Under the pieces are notes generated by a model. It ran no database searches, was not told the origin of the DNA, and was given only the letters and a program-made list of their open reading frames with translations. From a virus (taxonomy: Duplodnaviria; Caudoviricetes): DNA of 64,000 nt. The stretch lies in IMG/VR virus record IMGVR_UViG_3300037067_003221, positions 1 through 64,000 of that record; one strand, 5' to 3'. Below, in pieces: positions 20,538 through 32,769 of the stretch. The first letter of the stretch is position 1; each line of letters opens with the position of its first letter. A program made the translations under genes and the position numbers.

Positions 20538-21059
20538 ATGTTACGAATTTGTTTATACGGAGGGCCGGGTGCTGGTAAAAGCACACTGGCCGCTGCTGTT
20601 TATGCGGCGTTGAAAGATGAAGGCATCAATGTTGAATTGGTTCGTGAGGTTGTAAAGGCTTGGGCGTATGAAGGCAAGCGGCCCGATGAATGGGACCAGA
20701 TATATACCTTCGGGCAACAACTCTACGAAGAGCATCGGCTGGCGAAGGCGGGCGTTAATGTGGTGGTGACAGACTCCCCATTATTACTACAGTGTTTCTA
20801 CTCAGGCTTTAACGCCGGTGGTTTACTGATGTTTGCAAAACGCTACGAGACGTTGCATAATAGCATCAACTTCCTCGTCGAGCGAGCGAAACCGTATTCC
20901 CATATTGGCCGATTTCAGTCCGAAGCGGACGCTGTTGCGATGGATACTCAGATGGAAGCCTATATGCACTTCCTAGAACTTGAACATTGGCGCGTTAAAG
21001 ACGCTACAACCCTAACTGAAATCTGCTTAGAGCAACTTTTACTCCGAGGAATTGAATAA
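20538..21059 (+). CDS. P-loop kinase/ATPase (AAA_28, NadR-kinase-like)
   Basis: GGPGAGKST, E..K, TDSP, GR.Q. Confidence 0.75.
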   Translation: MLRICLYGGPGAGKSTLAAAVYAALKDEGINVELVREVVKAWAYEGKRPDEWDQIYTFGQQLYEEHRLAKAGVNVVVTDSPLLLQCFYSGFNAGGLLMFAKRYETLHNSINFLVERAKPYSHIGRFQSEADAVAMDTQMEAYMHFLELEHWRVKDATTLTEICLEQLLLRGIE

Positions 21060-21147
21060 AAATGGTGCCACTGGCATGGTTTTTGCTCTGTATGTTACTA
21101 GTGGCATTGGCCGGGTTTATTGCAACAGAAAGATCACGGGATAAATA

Positions 21148-21720
21148 ATGTATTACAGCCAATTGGGACAGGATAAATGGGTGTTGGAGCAAATGGAAGG
21201 CCCCGGCTTCTTTGTAGAGGTTGGTGCATACGACGGAGTAAAGGACAGCAATACGCTGGCGTTAGAGAATCGAGGGTGGGAAGGACTTTTAATCGAAGGC
21301 GACACTAAACGAGCCGCGCAATGCGCTCGGAACCGTGCGTCATTGACGCACAATGTTTGTGTGGGTGACGGAACTCCCGGCGAGTTGTATATTGCTGGCG
21401 TTTGGTCGGGATTAAAAGGGAAGTGCCGTTATAATATTGAAGCCGAGCATGTACGACGTAATAACCCTACCATCCCAGTTATAACCGTACCACTCATTAG
21501 CATCGTACCTAGTAATATCGACTATCTCTCGATTGACACCGAGGGGAATGAATACGAAATACTTCGTGACTTTGTGTTGGCCGGGGGACAGTTTAAGTTG
21601 CTAACTATAGAAGTTGGCAGTGTGCAAAGCGACTTAGGTAAGATTTGTGATTTGCTAATTCCTCGCGGCTATAGACTAGATAAAATAACCAAATGGGACG
21701 CATTTTTCTATCATGTTTGA
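21148..21720 (+). CDS. FkbM-family methyltransferase
   Basis: YSQ.GQD, FVEVGAYDG...SNT, GW.GLLIE, IDYLSIDTEG.E. Confidence 0.85.
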   Translation: MYYSQLGQDKWVLEQMEGPGFFVEVGAYDGVKDSNTLALENRGWEGLLIEGDTKRAAQCARNRASLTHNVCVGDGTPGELYIAGVWSGLKGKCRYNIEAEHVRRNNPTIPVITVPLISIVPSNIDYLSIDTEGNEYEILRDFVLAGGQFKLLTIEVGSVQSDLGKICDLLIPRGYRLDKITKWDAFFYHV

Positions 21721-23540
21721 AAAACTACTTGGGCAAGATTTAGGGTGGCATTGGACTGTATTCAAATGGTGCGGACGACCGTTCGGGCTTCCGATCAAAT
21801 ATACAGGGGTTATGCCTATCATTCGTTGGCATTTTTATTATCGGTGGAAGGCACGACGCGAACGTATTCGCCGAAGTAAACTTGTGCCCATGCAAGTGCG
21901 GTTAGGCCGCGAAGTACAGAGGAGCTAACATGGAATTTATGATTCTTTACATCTTGTTGACGATTCGTGATTTTATTGTACAGAACGCACCGCTGTTAAT
22001 TCTGGCCGGGGCCGGGGCCATTGTCTCGGCTGCCTTTTGGTATATCGGCCATCGTAAACCGAAGAAAGAACAACTGCCGCCGCTGCTTACCACTTGGACT
22101 ACGCGGGATGGTAGAACAATGTTTATTAGCGATATGACGGACGATCATTTGAAGAACGCGATAAATTTTCTATCGCGTAGAATCAAGGACTTGCAAGGTA
22201 TGCGGGCTAAACTATTCATTGAACAAAATCGAAGAGGTATCCGATAATGTATTGTGCCTATATCATCAAGAACAAAGAACTTGACCTTGACATTCCGACT
22301 CTTGAACTTTACTACGCAATGCCTGCATTGGTCGCAATGTACAATGGCCACTTGGAGATTGAAGATAAGCCTCATATTAACAGTGTTAATGAGTTGGCTA
22401 TCTTCCCGACCACCATCGAGATTATGACGCATCCGTGCGGTCTGCTTGTCGTCCTGTGGTCGCACAATGGAGCCGGAGAGGAGACTGTCGATGGATGCTA
22501 CGGCGGTTAGGAAACGAATTGAATCGGCCACGAAGTTAGTTAAATCGTGGCCGCTGTGGAAGCAAAACATTCTGGTACAAAGTGCCAGTCCAACAGTTAA
22601 AGTACCAAGGAAACCAATTCATGTTCATAGTGACACATTGCCCGACCGACGTGGCGAAGATTAAGGAAATCGCAAAAGGTGCTGCCGACCCAGTCTCCTG
22701 TGAAGAGCATTTGCTGTTCATCAATCGCCGTGCTTGGGAGTTAATTCAAGCCAGAGAGGAAGAGGACAAGCGGCACCGCAAGGCTTGTGATGATATTGCT
22801 GCCGCTGTCTCAGCATTATATAAGGATTGCCCGCACCCCGACAAGGGGAGCGAGTATTGGAGTTTTGCTTATGACAGTGGCTACGAATGTATGGTCTGTG
22901 GTTGCAACAATATGCGACCGGGAAGGAAGCCACTTGTATGAAACAACTCACATTAGGCGATGAAACTAAATTGTATTTTCTCGCCTACCCTCGAACCCTT
23001 GGTGCGAGCGTAGAGTTGGATGACCTTAACATTTCAGTTGAACTCGGTCGTCAAGAGATTTACGATTTATACAATTGGCTTGCTGACATAATTCTCGACG
23101 ATTTAATCGAGGATGAAAAGAACCTTAACTCTTAGGTGCAACATGAAGTGCTATATTTTGATTGGACATGACAAACGCGAGAGTGATATTCTGCGGGTTG
23201 TCTTTAATGCAGACGATGCACGGGCTGCACTAGAATCGGCTCAAGAGTCGGGCGACGGATACTTATATTACAGTGTGCAAATCTGGACCGAAGAAGGTTT
23301 GCTTACTATTAGACACAAACCGGAGTTTATTGTATGAAACTTTGTGACATGCTGGAAATACTTAGACGGCTTGACCAGAATTTTGAAATACGTTCTGTTT
23401 ATGAGACAGCAGTAGGTGTGGTGGTCAATGCTATTCCTGCTCAAGAGAGTTTTCAAGTTTGTGCTGGCACTGAAATGAAAATTTTAATTGCTACCCAGCA
23501 TGAATCAGAACCTTATGACGATTACGACTGTGGGTGGTGA
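21713..23540 (+). other. Run of small hypothetical CDSs
   Basis: Overlapping start/stop ORFs of 55-120 aa with no recognised motifs. Confidence 0.5.
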
Positions 23541-23544
23541 TATT

Positions 23545-24537
23545 ATGTTACTGACAAGAGATCAATTCCGAGAAGCTGTGTTCGCCCGCGATAATAAGCG
23601 ATGCGTCATGTGTGGTGATCTGGGTGTTGATGCTCACCATATCACTGAACGCAGATTATTCGACGACGGTGGCTACTACGTGGACAACGGGGCAACCCTG
23701 TGTGCCAAACACCATCTTCAAGCAGAGCAGACTATCCTAACGTGTGAAGCCATTCGTGAAGCGGCTGGTATTACGGCGTTGGTATTGCCAAGCCATTTTT
23801 ATCCAGATGACCGAACGGACAAGTGGGGCAATGTATATTTGCCCAACGGGCAACGTATGCGGGGCGAATTGTTTTACGACGAAAGTGTACAACGTGCCCT
23901 GGCTCCGGTATTGTCCGAATTTACAACTCGCGTCAAGTATCCGCGAACGTGGCATTTGCCGTGGTCGCCCGGAGCAACTAGCGACGACCGAGTGTTGGAG
24001 AACACTAGCCACTTTTGGAACCGAGAGGTTGTTGTTACTACGAAGATGGACGGCGAATGCACTACGATGTATCCCGACTTTCTTCACGCCCGCTCCATAG
24101 ATTCTCGTAATCATCCCAGTCGTAACTGGGTGAAGAATCTGCACGGGTCAATTGGTTATCTGATTCCGAGTGGGTGGCGTATTTGTGGTGAGAACTTATT
24201 TGCGAAGCATAGCATTAAGTATGATTCGCTGCCGTCCTATTTCATGGCATTCTCTATTTGGAATGACGCGAATGTATGTTGGTCCTGGGATGCCACAGTT
24301 GAATGGTGTAAGTTGATCGGCATCGAGCATGTGCCAGTTATTTGGCGAGGAACATTTGATGCTGTGAAAATAATGGAATGCTATCAGCCGGGCCAAGAAG
24401 GATATGTGGTGCGAGTGGCCGATGAATTTAGATTCTCAGAGTTTCGCAAGTCGGTGGCTAAGTATGTCAGAGAGTCTCATGTACAGACTCATGGCCACTG
24501 GATGCGGCAGGCAGTTGAAAGGAATGGGCTGGCATGA
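23545..24537 (+). CDS. HNH domain fused to ATP-dependent RNA ligase
   Basis: N-terminal RD..RC..C....DAHHI..R....N..TLC..HH; ligase KYPRT.HL.WS, TKMDG (motif I), GEN, EGYVVR, AKYVR. Confidence 0.85.
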   Translation: MLLTRDQFREAVFARDNKRCVMCGDLGVDAHHITERRLFDDGGYYVDNGATLCAKHHLQAEQTILTCEAIREAAGITALVLPSHFYPDDRTDKWGNVYLPNGQRMRGELFYDESVQRALAPVLSEFTTRVKYPRTWHLPWSPGATSDDRVLENTSHFWNREVVVTTKMDGECTTMYPDFLHARSIDSRNHPSRNWVKNLHGSIGYLIPSGWRICGENLFAKHSIKYDSLPSYFMAFSIWNDANVCWSWDATVEWCKLIGIEHVPVIWRGTFDAVKIMECYQPGQEGYVVRVADEFRFSEFRKSVAKYVRESHVQTHGHWMRQAVERNGLA

Positions 24538-27165
24538 CAGAAAAACCAAAAGTGATTACGTTGCCCAGAAGCCACGACGATAATGCTGGCTGGTCAAAGT
24601 ATTTTCGTGAATATCCAGACATTGATGTTAGTGAATACTGCGACGTTTATGCTTGCCCGTTGTGCGGTTGGTACGCTTTTCATTCACTTTATAACTGCGG
24701 GCATTGCCGTGGTAAACTTGAACGGTTGCGTATTTTAAGAACATACTACGATGAATGGAAAACTGGAAGAATGAGAACTCCGGGGTTATAAACATGGTCA
24801 CAGGATTTGCTAACCTGAACACCACAACTGAATAAAATATTTTGAAAAGGAACAAGCATGATTTTTGAAACGTCGCGTAATATTCCACTGAAACCAACTC
24901 TATCTGTACGCAAGTGTGATGGCAGTGGATTAGAAGTTTGTATGTCTATTCGTGAGAATCGACGTATAACATTTGCAATAACAAAACAAGAAGTCAAACA
25001 ACTTCGGGATTCCTTAAACAATTGGTTGGAGAAAGAATAATGAAAAATCTTTGGGACTTTATTGTTGAAAAAACAGGCTTTGATCGGCACGTTTGTAAAG
25101 AGGTTGTTTTTGGTTTGCTCTACAACGGTATGATTATTGATGTATGCCGAAAAAATACTTTGATGATCGAAGATGTGATTGATATACGCATGGCATTCGA
25201 TGAATACATGCTGATGCTTCGTAAGGAAAGGACTGAATAATGTTGTACGGGACTTTTAATGTAAGCAACTCGATGATTGATGAATACAATGGAGAGAAGT
25301 TGGACGCAATCTTCTCGTTACCTTGTATGTTGTCTTTGGCACATGCCAAGGAAATGTGCAGTCCTGAGATTAAAACTGTTCATTGTGGCGATACTCAGCC
25401 GATTGCGTTGACTATGCGTATTTTAATTACTATCGACGGCCTCGCTGCCGAAATGCTTGGAGAAGAAAAATGTTAATTCCATTTTGCTGTTGTTCGTTGT
25501 GTACAGTTATGGGGTATATCCTTGGGCGAATCGTTGGATATACCTACTATCAAAAGGCCACCATTGAAAGGTTGAAGAATGAGCAAGTTTCTTGAAACAT
25601 TGGGCGCAGTTATCCTTTGTGTCGGGCTTTACGCTCTACCTGGATGGTTTATGGCAGAGGTACTCAGCGGCTTAACGTATGGCGGCTTGCCTCCTGACGA
25701 CTATTATCAAATCATGTGGACGTGGCCTATGTGGCTGCTCAGAATATGCGGGATTTAATATGGAAATAGACCTAACAATTGTGAAGAAATTCATGGCGTT
25801 GAAAACAGCAGCAAAGTGTTTGACACACGACGAGATTGATAACCAAACCATTGCATTGCTGCTAGTTGCCAACCGGCTTAATGAACTACTGGCTTGCAAA
25901 CCAGACCCTTGCGGGAGAACTCACGAATGGAAGTGACCCATGAATAAACTGCAAATCGAACATCCTCGGACGCTTAGGCAGCCGACGATGATTATGACCG
26001 ACACTGGCATGACTGCTTGTGTGACTGTAATGAATACCGACGGCGCGCATATAATGTTCCTTCAAAAGAAGGAAGTGGAACAAGTTGTCGAATGGTGCAA
26101 GCAATGGCTTGAGAAAGGTGTTGGAGAATGAAATTCAAATGGAAGAAAGCAAAGTGTGAGGGCGACCGAAAGGTTATTCGTAAGTTCCTACTGATACCGA
26201 GAACTTTTAATCGGGAAACACGGTGGCTTGAATTTGCTAATGTAGAGTATGTCTGCCGGAAGTTTCGTAAGTATGATGACGACTGGGGTATCTTTTATTA
26301 TGTGCTGCGTTGGCGAGCAGAAGGGTTCGTGGACTAATATGTTTAATATTGCAATTGATCTTGGTAATCCGTATGAGCATGTTAAGGTCGATGTACCTCA
26401 TGCCACTCTTCATTATCTTGAGAGTGGCGTGGCAAAGATGACTGTAACACTTACAGTAAAGGATGCTGTGCGGTTGCGTGACTGGCTTATTACAGCCATC
26501 CCGACCACCTGCCTATCAGTGATAGAAGAGGGGCGGAAGAATATGGGATTAACAGTGTCGGAATATTGCCGACGATTCTGTTTCCAGAATTGTGCCAACT
26601 GCGAAGATTATGGTTGCGGCGATAACACGAACACAAGGAATTAAGATGCTACCGAAATTATTTAATTGGACCCAAGAACTAATCTATGTGGACCACGACT
26701 CTATGAGTCCACCCACACTTAATAGTTTAGTTGGCACCCCGGTAAACTATCGAGGTTATCGCGGTAAGGTTATTAGTAACACCTACCTATCTATCACGGT
26801 TCGCTTTGACGGGTGGTTGACGTGGCTCTGGAAACTAATTTTGAGGAAGAACTAAGATGACGACTCTCGAACAACGTATAGCCGATTTGAAACTTGGCTG
26901 GGTCTGGCACTATAAAGCCTACACGGCGGTCCACAACGGTTTCGGCTTTGTCATTTATTACAAGGCAGGTCAAAACTGGCTGGCAGTCCTTAAACCTAAA
27001 ATTGTTGCCGAGCAACAAAGATGCCATAGTACGACTGGCAATGCCATCACTGGCTTTTGGATTAACACTGGATATTATACAGAACGTATGTTTGAAGTTC
27101 CGGTAACTCCTGAATTTCTTACTCATGTAATCGAAACCGCTAACCCCGAAATGCTTTCACTATGA
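24534..27165 (+). other. Run of small hypothetical CDSs
   Basis: Dense co-directional small ORFs. Confidence 0.5.
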
Positions 27166-27884
27166 ACGACTCACTTGGCGACCGAATGAAGAACTTTTAC
27201 GAAGGCCCCGCCCGGCACTATTTAACTCGGCGGACTCCGGTAATTGTACGCCTGGACGGTAGGGCATTCCACACATTGACGAAAGGGTTTCAAAAACCCT
27301 ATGACGCATCATTCATTGAAAATATGGATGCCGCTGCTCGTTGTTTATTTGATGAAATGCAAGGCTGCAAGATGGCTTATATCCAGAGTGATGAAGCCAG
27401 CTTCGTGCTGACGGATTACGACACCTTGACAACGGAAGCGTGGTTTGGCTATAACAAGTCGAAGGTGGAGAGTATCTCTGCCGCTACTATGTCGGTGTAC
27501 TTCACCATCATGGCTGGCTTCGCATTGCCTAAGCCGCCCGTGTTTGATGCCCGTGCCTTTAATATCCCTGAGTCTGAGGTTGCTAACTACTTCCTTTGGC
27601 GGGCAAAAGATTGGCACCGTAACTCGATTCAGATGTTGGCACAGCACAACTTTACTCACAAAGAGTTGCAGGGTAAGAGTATCCAAGAGTGTTTGGCGAT
27701 GTTGGAGAAGATTAAGGAATACTGGGACCAGCGGCCCGACCTTATTAAGAACGGCACCTTCCTAATTAAACGTGAGGGAGTTATCCACACGCTGACTAAT
27801 GTGCGAGATACCTACAAAGAGATTGAAGCCGTGTGGAACGAAGTCAATCCAACGGACGAACCAGAAGATACGTGGGGGCTATGA
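27162..27884 (+). CDS. tRNA(His) guanylyltransferase Thg1-like protein (3'-5' polymerase)
   Basis: RMK..E, RLDGRAFH, YIQSDE, K..S..A, FDAR, YF.WR..D..RN. Confidence 0.9.
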   Translation: MNDSLGDRMKNFYEGPARHYLTRRTPVIVRLDGRAFHTLTKGFQKPYDASFIENMDAAARCLFDEMQGCKMAYIQSDEASFVLTDYDTLTTEAWFGYNKSKVESISAATMSVYFTIMAGFALPKPPVFDARAFNIPESEVANYFLWRAKDWHRNSIQMLAQHNFTHKELQGKSIQECLAMLEKIKEYWDQRPDLIKNGTFLIKREGVIHTLTNVRDTYKEIEAVWNEVNPTDEPEDTWGL

Positions 27885-30358
27885 TGACTGAGTTGACATT
27901 TGACCGAGACAATGAAGTTAATCCCAGTCTATGGATACGGCAGCATCCCAAAGGTCGAGTAATCCTTTCACTAGTAGATAGGTGGGACTTATATGAAGTA
28001 ACTCTTGAAGATCAAGAAGTGAAAGACCTTCACGAATGGCTAGGAAAGGTGCTGCAACAATGAATTATACGCAACTTATTGCTGATCTTGCCCGGCGATA
28101 TACGTTGGCTAAAACGGATAATGCAGTTATGCGTAACTCAAGGACGCAAAGCGAAGAAGTATTGGCCTATTCAAGGCTGTGTTGGATGATCGATGCCGAG
28201 AAGTTCGGCTGGAATCCAGAAGATATGGAAGAATGCGTAGCAGAAAGGTTCTAATGTTAGACAAACCGCTATCACTGAACGTCACATTTACGATTCCTAT
28301 TGAAATTTGGAACCTCAAATACGATTTATCCCGTCTTGGGCAATTCCTTGGGTGGCATTTCTCGGATTTCGAGGATGGTCGGTATCCTTTTGACACCGAA
28401 CTTGCCAAACACGCCATCGAAATGGCGATTAAGAACACGATTTGTCAGTTGGTAAGTGATGTTGAGTATGATAAACATCGTGGAGAGTACGTCACACCTG
28501 ATTTTGGCGGAAAAATCGCTAAAGGTTGTATAACTTCGGAAGAACTTCTCAAGAAATTGGTCGTTTGCATACGCGAAGGCATGACATTTGCAGTAGAAGA
28601 GGATAAAGAATGAACATATTGATTATTAGCCGAAAACCACTGGGTATTCCGTCACATGTTGAAACGCCTGACTACGATATTTTCTTTCGGTCACGTCCCA
28701 GCGGATTAAAAACTTTACCGGCTGACTATGCTATTTGTTTGCCCGGCTGTACACCAGAACAGATTGCTTTGGCAACTGAAAGAACCCGGCCCGTTGGAGG
28801 CGAAATAATGATACTTAATGCGGCTATTGGATATGAACCTGGGGATGTATGTAACCGGAATGGTTGTAAGGGTATTATCGAAGAACACGAAGTCGAGAAT
28901 TGCTCCTGTCATATCTCGCCGCCTTGCTCCCAATGTACGGAAGATAGGACCTATTGCTCCGAATGCGATTATCGTGGAAAGGATGAAGCATGATTACTGG
29001 CATCTATATGCGCGTTAATACGTCTATCGGCATCTTTAGGTTGCCGTGTGTTCGTGAAGAAGTAACCGATTGCGTGGTTGACTTGACGTTCAACTGGATT
29101 GTCTTTGAAGAGCCTGTGATTGTTTATACAATTCAGCCCTTCGCTGAAATCGTTGAATCGCCCTCCGGCGTGATTCGGGACGAGCCGCTTGCAAACTCAA
29201 CTGAGTTGCAGCCCGGTGATAGCATGTATTCAATTGAGGCATTTGAATGTGGATGCTTTACTGCGTGTCTGGTTATGATTAACCAAGACATTTTGAAACA
29301 AATTAAGAAGTATGTGGAGGGTGCGGAATGAAACTGTTGAATTTATTTGGGTCTGTGTTTGGCATTGTGGCAACACAGTTACTAGGTTGTTACTGTACGT
29401 TACCTGAACCAGAATTACTTCCGGCTGCGTGGCAACGTATGCTTGGCTGTGGCGTGGCAATGGCTTTATTTGCTGTATGCCTCTATTGGTTTATGGCTGC
29501 ATTAGGAAGGATGCTAGAAGAATGAACACTCAAACACTAGTTGAGTTCTGTCGGGAGGTAGCGGCGGCTGGTAGCTTCGATGCTTTGACCGACGATCAGA
29601 AAGCCCTGCTTCTGATGATTGAGGCCAATACGCCTAAGACAAATTGCCCGCTATGCCGATACAAGCAACCTGATGGCGTGTGTCGGTGTGACTAATCTAT
29701 TGGAGGTTACTATGGAACGATGCAAGAATGTAAGTCGGTATCGCGGGATTATGAAACCGCGATGTAACAATGGCCGTGGCTGCAAAGCCTGTTGGGATAT
29801 TTACTACGCCAAGAAATTGAAAGTTAAATAATGTATCTCTTTGAACGAACGCAGACCGGAGATAAGGTAGAGTTTCGCCACCCTGGCGGATTCTTCTTTA
29901 GTTTCATTATAGCCCCTGGCACTACGGAAGATATGTACTTGCAAGCCATTGGCAATTGTGGTGTATGGACTCGGCTGCCGCAACTGTTGGACCGAAGCAT
30001 CACCGCCGACGAATGGAAGGAATACCGGGAAGAGATCGACCTACGGTGGCCCTCATGTAGTCTGGCCAAAGGGAATATGGAACCCAAATTTTTCGACGAC
30101 GCTCGGAAAACTATCGACCGTATTCATAATGCCCCGTTTGATTGTGGTGAGATTCGAGCAGATGGCTTGTGGATGATTGAGTTGTCATATCGAGAAGAGA
30201 AGAAATTCCACGATGACTTGATGCTGCTATTGGATAATAGAGAGTACAACATGCAGCCGGGTGATACGCTGAAAGTTAGTTTTAACCAGACACATCAACG
30301 TGGGCTGGCCCTTCGGGAAGCAATCAATAAACATAGGGCTGAGAAGTATGCAATCTAA
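27881..30358 (+). other. Run of small hypothetical CDSs, several Cys-rich
   Basis: Dense co-directional ORFs, e.g. 28610-28993 with CSCHISPPC. Confidence 0.5.
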
Positions 30359-30560
30359 CTGTCGTGAATGTGGTGGTGAGCGAATAGAGACTCGGATACC
30401 TTACTCCCTCGATTGTTTGAAGGGCGGTAAGCTGTGGCGTGTCGAAGTACCCAATCTCTTTGTAATTAAGTGCCTGGGTTGTGGTGAACTTTATTTCACG
30501 AACCAGTCAGACGACGAAATCACTTTAGCTTTGGAGAAATTGACAAATGACTTGCATTAG
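30348..30560 (+). CDS. Stand-alone YgiT/MqsA-type zinc finger protein
   Basis: CRECGG...V.VPNL....C..CGE.YF pattern without an HTH domain. Confidence 0.65.
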   Translation: MQSNCRECGGERIETRIPYSLDCLKGGKLWRVEVPNLFVIKCLGCGELYFTNQSDDEITLALEKLTNDLH

Positions 30561-30762
30561 TTGTGGGCGTGAAATGAAAGTGGATGCCTACGGGACTATC
30601 GACGGCGGCGTTGTAACCAGTGCCGCTCCTAAACGTGGCTCTCGTCATTATGGAAACATATTTTTTATCTATGTTTGCGATGATTGCCTAGACTTGCCGG
30701 ATGTTGTGAATGCGGCTAAAGTAATAAATGATGGCACAACCCCGCTGCCCTCGGATTTATAA

Positions 30763-30785
30763 AGTGTAGTCAATATGACTACACT
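30763..30785. promoter_or_regulatory. Palindromic operator-like site
   Basis: AGTGTAGTCA-ATA-TGACTACACT just upstream of an AGGAG RBS; near-identical copy at 33958-33980. Confidence 0.55.
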
Positions 30786-31826
30786 ATACAGGAGACTAGT
30801 ATGTACAGTGCCAAACGTGCGGAGCAGCTAAAGTTTCAACGGACGGCCCCGTGCCGGAAATGCAAACACAGTGCGATAACATCGACCGGGTATCTCTATT
30901 GCACAAAACACTTGATGCTGGATTGTGCAGGTTCGAGTAACCGGGTTGGCTTTGAGAAAGGTTAATTATGGGATGGGCTAGTGGAAGTGAATTAGCAGAG
31001 AATGTTTGGGAACTTGTCCGACCGTACCTGCCCGCCAACGAGCGTATGCAGGTGGCCCGTAAGTTCATTGAAGCCTTCGAGCATTTCGACTGTGATACTA
31101 TGTACGAAGTGCCTGACCTGTATGCTGATGCAGGGATAATCTTCGACGATGACGGTAATGAGACTAAGGCTCCGATTCCGCCCAAGCTAGCGTTTGCCCA
31201 TTGCCAAGGTGAAGGTCCAACTTGCTTATTCTGCAAGGACCGATATGCCTGCACTGCCGAGCGGAACCCTAATCCATTCAAAGTCGGCGACATGGTTAAA
31301 GTGAACCTTGGCGAAGGCTCAAAGATCACTAAAGTAGTTGGCCTGAGCCGCAATGCGTATGGTATGCCGTTTGTTGATTTTATTATTGACCGTGGTTATG
31401 GTCTTGTGCATCACAGTTGGTCCACAAACCCAGAGTATGGCATGGTCGAGAAGGTGGAATAATGAAACTTACATTAGAAGTGCAACTTGGTAGCGAATGG
31501 TGCATCCTGTCTGAGTACGAATTAAAGGATGATTTTGATTTCGAGACTTTGAAGCGGATTGGGGCCGACGCAGTTTTAGTGGCCTTGCGCACCAGTTACC
31601 GTGGCCCCGCACGTATTGTCGAAGATGGCAGGGTTGTGTTTGAAGTGGACTCAGCAATTAAGTTGCTGGATGGCATTCACCTGAAACCTGCACCAGTTGC
31701 TAAGTCGGCTGCCGAAATTATGAAAGCTGCTGGTGTTCCCAATATGTTGGAAGGCCGGAAGCTAACTTTATTCCTTGGACCCAAGCCGGAAAAGAAAGGC
31801 GGTCCCATTGACCCAGAGGATATGAA

Positions 31827-32201
31827 ATGTTACTAGTTGCCCCTGACTCCCCGATTCTACATCGTCCTTGCAGCGGCTCGGTCGTGACGCGCAAGCAGAT
31901 CGATGATATGTTTCGGCTTATGTACAGCCTGGAAGGCGCGGGCCTTGCTGCCCCGCAGGTCGGTATCGATGCGCGCCTGTTTGTGACGGCGTGGGGTGAA
32001 GTGTTTATCGACCCGATTATTGACTGTGGGGCTGACTATACGGATGTGGAAGAAGGTTGCCTAAGCCTGCCCGGCGTTGTCGTCAAGAAACGGCGGCTTC
32101 TGCGAATCCAACTCCTAGATGGTCGCACCTATATAAACGAACAAGCCATTGTCATTCAACACGAAATCGATCACTTGAAAGGTATCCTGATAAATGACTA
32201 A
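31827..32201 (+). CDS. def: Peptide deformylase (short phage form)
   Basis: GAGLAAPQVG, EGCLS, QHEIDHLKG. Confidence 0.92.
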   Translation: MLLVAPDSPILHRPCSGSVVTRKQIDDMFRLMYSLEGAGLAAPQVGIDARLFVTAWGEVFIDPIIDCGADYTDVEEGCLSLPGVVVKKRRLLRIQLLDGRTYINEQAIVIQHEIDHLKGILIND

Positions 32202-32769
32202 AGAGGAGAGGAGCGAGTATCGAAAGAGATACCGGCAAGAGAATAAAGAGAAGATTGCCGCCCAGCAGAAGAGATACCGGCAAGAGAATAAAGAGAAGTT
32301 TGCTGCTTATCAAAAGAAATACCAGCAAGCGAATAAAGAGAAGTTTGCTGCTTATCAAAAGAAATACCAGCAAGCGAATAAAGAGAAGTTTGCGGCCTGG
32401 CAGAAGAAATACCAGCAAAAGAATTTAGAGAAGATTGCGGCCCGTGAAAAGAATCGCCTGGCTACGGATATAAATTTTAGAATAGCCCATAATTTACGTG
32501 CTAGAATGCTCTGCGCAATCCGAAATGGGCAGCGGGGCGGTTCGGCAGTACGCGACTTAGGTTGTTCGATACCTGACTTTAAGATTTACATTGAGGGGAA
32601 ATTTATATCGGGCATGACCTGGGAAAACTATGGGTCGTGGCACTTGGACCATATTCGCCCTTTGGCGAAGTTTGATTTGACCGACCGTGCCCAGTTTTTG
32701 CAAGCCTGCTACTATACGAATTATCAACCCCTGTGGGCAGAAGATAATCTACGAAAAGGTGCAACATGA
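32194..32769 (+). CDS. HNH endonuclease with N-terminal 15-aa basic repeats
   Basis: LGCS, GMTWENYG.WHLDHI.P, YTNYQPLW..DN..K; 45-bp tandem repeats encoding Q.NKEK.AA.QK.Y. Confidence 0.8.
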   Translation: MTKEERSEYRKRYRQENKEKIAAQQKRYRQENKEKFAAYQKKYQQANKEKFAAYQKKYQQANKEKFAAWQKKYQQKNLEKIAAREKNRLATDINFRIAHNLRARMLCAIRNGQRGGSAVRDLGCSIPDFKIYIEGKFISGMTWENYGSWHLDHIRPLAKFDLTDRAQFLQACYYTNYQPLWAEDNLRKGAT

